Assembly (NCBI GenBank): GCA_965287045.1
Contig: OZ336873.1
Coordinates: 107,570,001-107,634,000, forward strand
Reading direction: 5' to 3'
Source of the DNA: Carcharhinus amblyrhynchos
Taxonomy: Eukaryota
DNA length: 64,000 bases
The notes beneath the pieces are model-generated. The model was not told the DNA's origin and made no database searches. It saw nothing but the letters and a program-made list of their open reading frames with translations. The position numbers and the translations under genes were made by a program. Position 1 is the stretch's first letter. Every line of letters begins with the position of its first letter. Below, piece by piece: positions 62,515-64,000 of the stretch.

Positions 62515-62725
62515 TACAAACATATCAAATAGGAGCAGAAGTCGATCATGCAACCCCATGGGTCTGCTCCACCATTCAAAAATATCACATCCGTTTGTGT
62601 TTCTAATTCCATACTCCCATCTACCCTGTGATGACCTTTGATTCCCTTGTCTAACAAGATTCTATCTACTTCCGACTTTAAAATATTCAAAGGCTCCTTC
62701 TCCACCATCTTCTGAAGTATAGAAG
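62515..62725 (-). mobile_element. CR1 3' end
   Basis: aaataggagcagaagtcgatcatgcaacccc...ctgctccaccattcaa is the reverse of a CR1 3' UTR. Confidence 0.85.
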
Positions 62726-63014
62726 TGACTATCGTCAGTTTTCTGGCTGATAGAAACAGACAATCTGGTCATTATCACATTGCTGTTTGTGGGAGCTTGC
62801 TGTATCGGAATTAGCTGCTGCATTTCCTACATTACAACAGTGACCACACTGCAAAAGTACCATGTTGGCCGCAAAGTGCTTTTAGATGTCCAGTGGTCAT
62901 AAAAAGTATTAAATACTGCAATGACTTGAACAAGGCCCATGATGTGAAATGCTAAGAATATGAGCTCCTAAATTAAGGCAGAAAGAGCTTTCTGAATTAG
63001 GAAGCCATGCATAT

Positions 63015-63303
63015 TTAAAGTTTAAGTTAATTTATTAGTGTCACAAGTAGTCTTATATTAACACTGTAGTGGTGTTACTGTGAAAATCTCCGGTGTCTAT
63101 TCGGGGACACTGAGGGAGAATTAGCATGGCCAATGCACCTAACAGCAAGTCTTTCAGACTGCGGGAGGAAACCGGAGCACCTGGGGGAAACCCACACAGA
63201 CACGGGGAGAACATGCAGACTCCACACAGAGAGTGACCCAAGCCGTGAATTGAACATGAGTTCCTGGCACTGGAGGGCAGCAGTGCTAGCCACTATGTCA
63301 CAG
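63015..63303 (-). mobile_element. HE1-type SINE, tail variant B
   Basis: Reverse-strand head agtggctagcactgctgcc, V-domain, tail tgtgacactaataaattaacttaaact. Confidence 0.88.
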
Positions 63304-63458
63304 TGTATATGTACATAATGTTGAGTGTCTGGGTTATTGGTACTCCAGTTTTCTGTTCTGTACAAGAAAGTACGTGTCTAAGCGCTGCTTACTATGTAAA
63401 TAAACCTAAATTTGGTGAAGGAACACCAGCCTGGGAGGGGTTATTTCATGTATTATAG

Positions 63459-63593
63459 ATGTTGGCGCATAAGCCGATGAAAGCTGCAAAAAAATCCTCC
63501 AGAAAGGGGATTAATCTATATGCCAACTCTAAAAGTGAATTGCTGACATGGGTGGCTGCCATTTTGAAATGCTATCAGCACCTGATACTAAGA
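63459..63593 (+). other. Candidate 135-nt coding exon of an unidentified host gene
   Basis: ttatttcatgtattatAG|...open frame...AGA|GTGAGT, phase 0-0. Peptide MLAHKPMKAAKKSSRKGINLYANSKSELLTWVAAILKCYQHLILR. Confidence 0.25.
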
Positions 63594-64000
63594 GTGAGTC
63601 TGCCTTAAACTCCCACGCATCTTTACAACATCACTAGTATCACTGCTTGATTCCTTGCGCTCAGTTACACAGTCAGTAAAACATGTATTTGTGAGGTGAA
63701 AAACTGAAGCTAATTACTGACGAAAATACAGAATGCGTTGCTGAAAAGGAGGGGAGGTGGAGAAGATCAACTTAAATGCCGAGTATAGACAAAAATACCA
63801 TTTCTTAGGATGGAAAATTGGGGTTGATTTATCAGCTGGATTGACTGAAATGCTGCAATAGTAACTAGAATTTTCTTCCTTGAAAAATACCTGGAAAAGA
63901 AATATAAGCGGTGTTATTAAAAGCAGGTGAATGATACTAAATGGATAGCTGTTTAAGAAGCAGAGCGGGCCATGACGGGTCTTGTTCCATGCTGAATGTT

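Larger units (their letters stand above)
61312..62922 (+). mobile_element. Deu-domain SINE (SacSINE1/AmnSINE1-like) split into 61312-61475 and 62750-62922
   Basis: 5' part gctgacactccagtgcagtactgag...ggatgagatgttaaacc...gtaaaagatcccaaggcactattt; 3' part tctggtcattatcacattgctgtttgtgggagcttgctgt...tttcctacattacaacagtgac. Confidence 0.85.

Noticed and set aside
1-64000. Prokaryote-style systems (CRISPR arrays, operons, rRNA)
   Set aside because: No regularly spaced repeat-spacer array, gene-dense region or rRNA similarity; the sequence is vertebrate repeat-rich DNA.

Overview
Eukaryotic, repeat-dense DNA with no recognisable host gene. It is most likely from a shark or other elasmobranch, judged from HE1-type V-SINEs, HER1/CR1 LINEs and a Deu-domain SINE. 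I identified every repeat family from memory and by translating by hand; no database was searched. The window is dominated by decayed transposons: several CR1 subfamilies (one young, with an uninterrupted ~430-codon 3' part of ORF2), a 5'-inverted Rex1/Babar element, L2 tails, and two Penelope-like families with GIY-YIG remnants, 12-13 bp target-site duplications (TSDs) and minimal hammerhead ribozyme motifs. It also holds PIF/Harbinger transposase relics and MITEs, a solo LTR with a 4-bp TSD, and at least four SINE types. No host protein-coding gene can be named. The most unusual non-TE signal is a ~200-bp segment present twice, about 7.9 kb apart (33401-33600 and 41261-41460). In one frame both copies end in a CC-aaX-stop prenylation-like motif (CCIVM*, CCVIL*), but the substitution pattern in that frame does not show purifying selection. 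A few weak exon candidates lie in the unique islands. Boundaries of old repeats are approximate (tens of bp).
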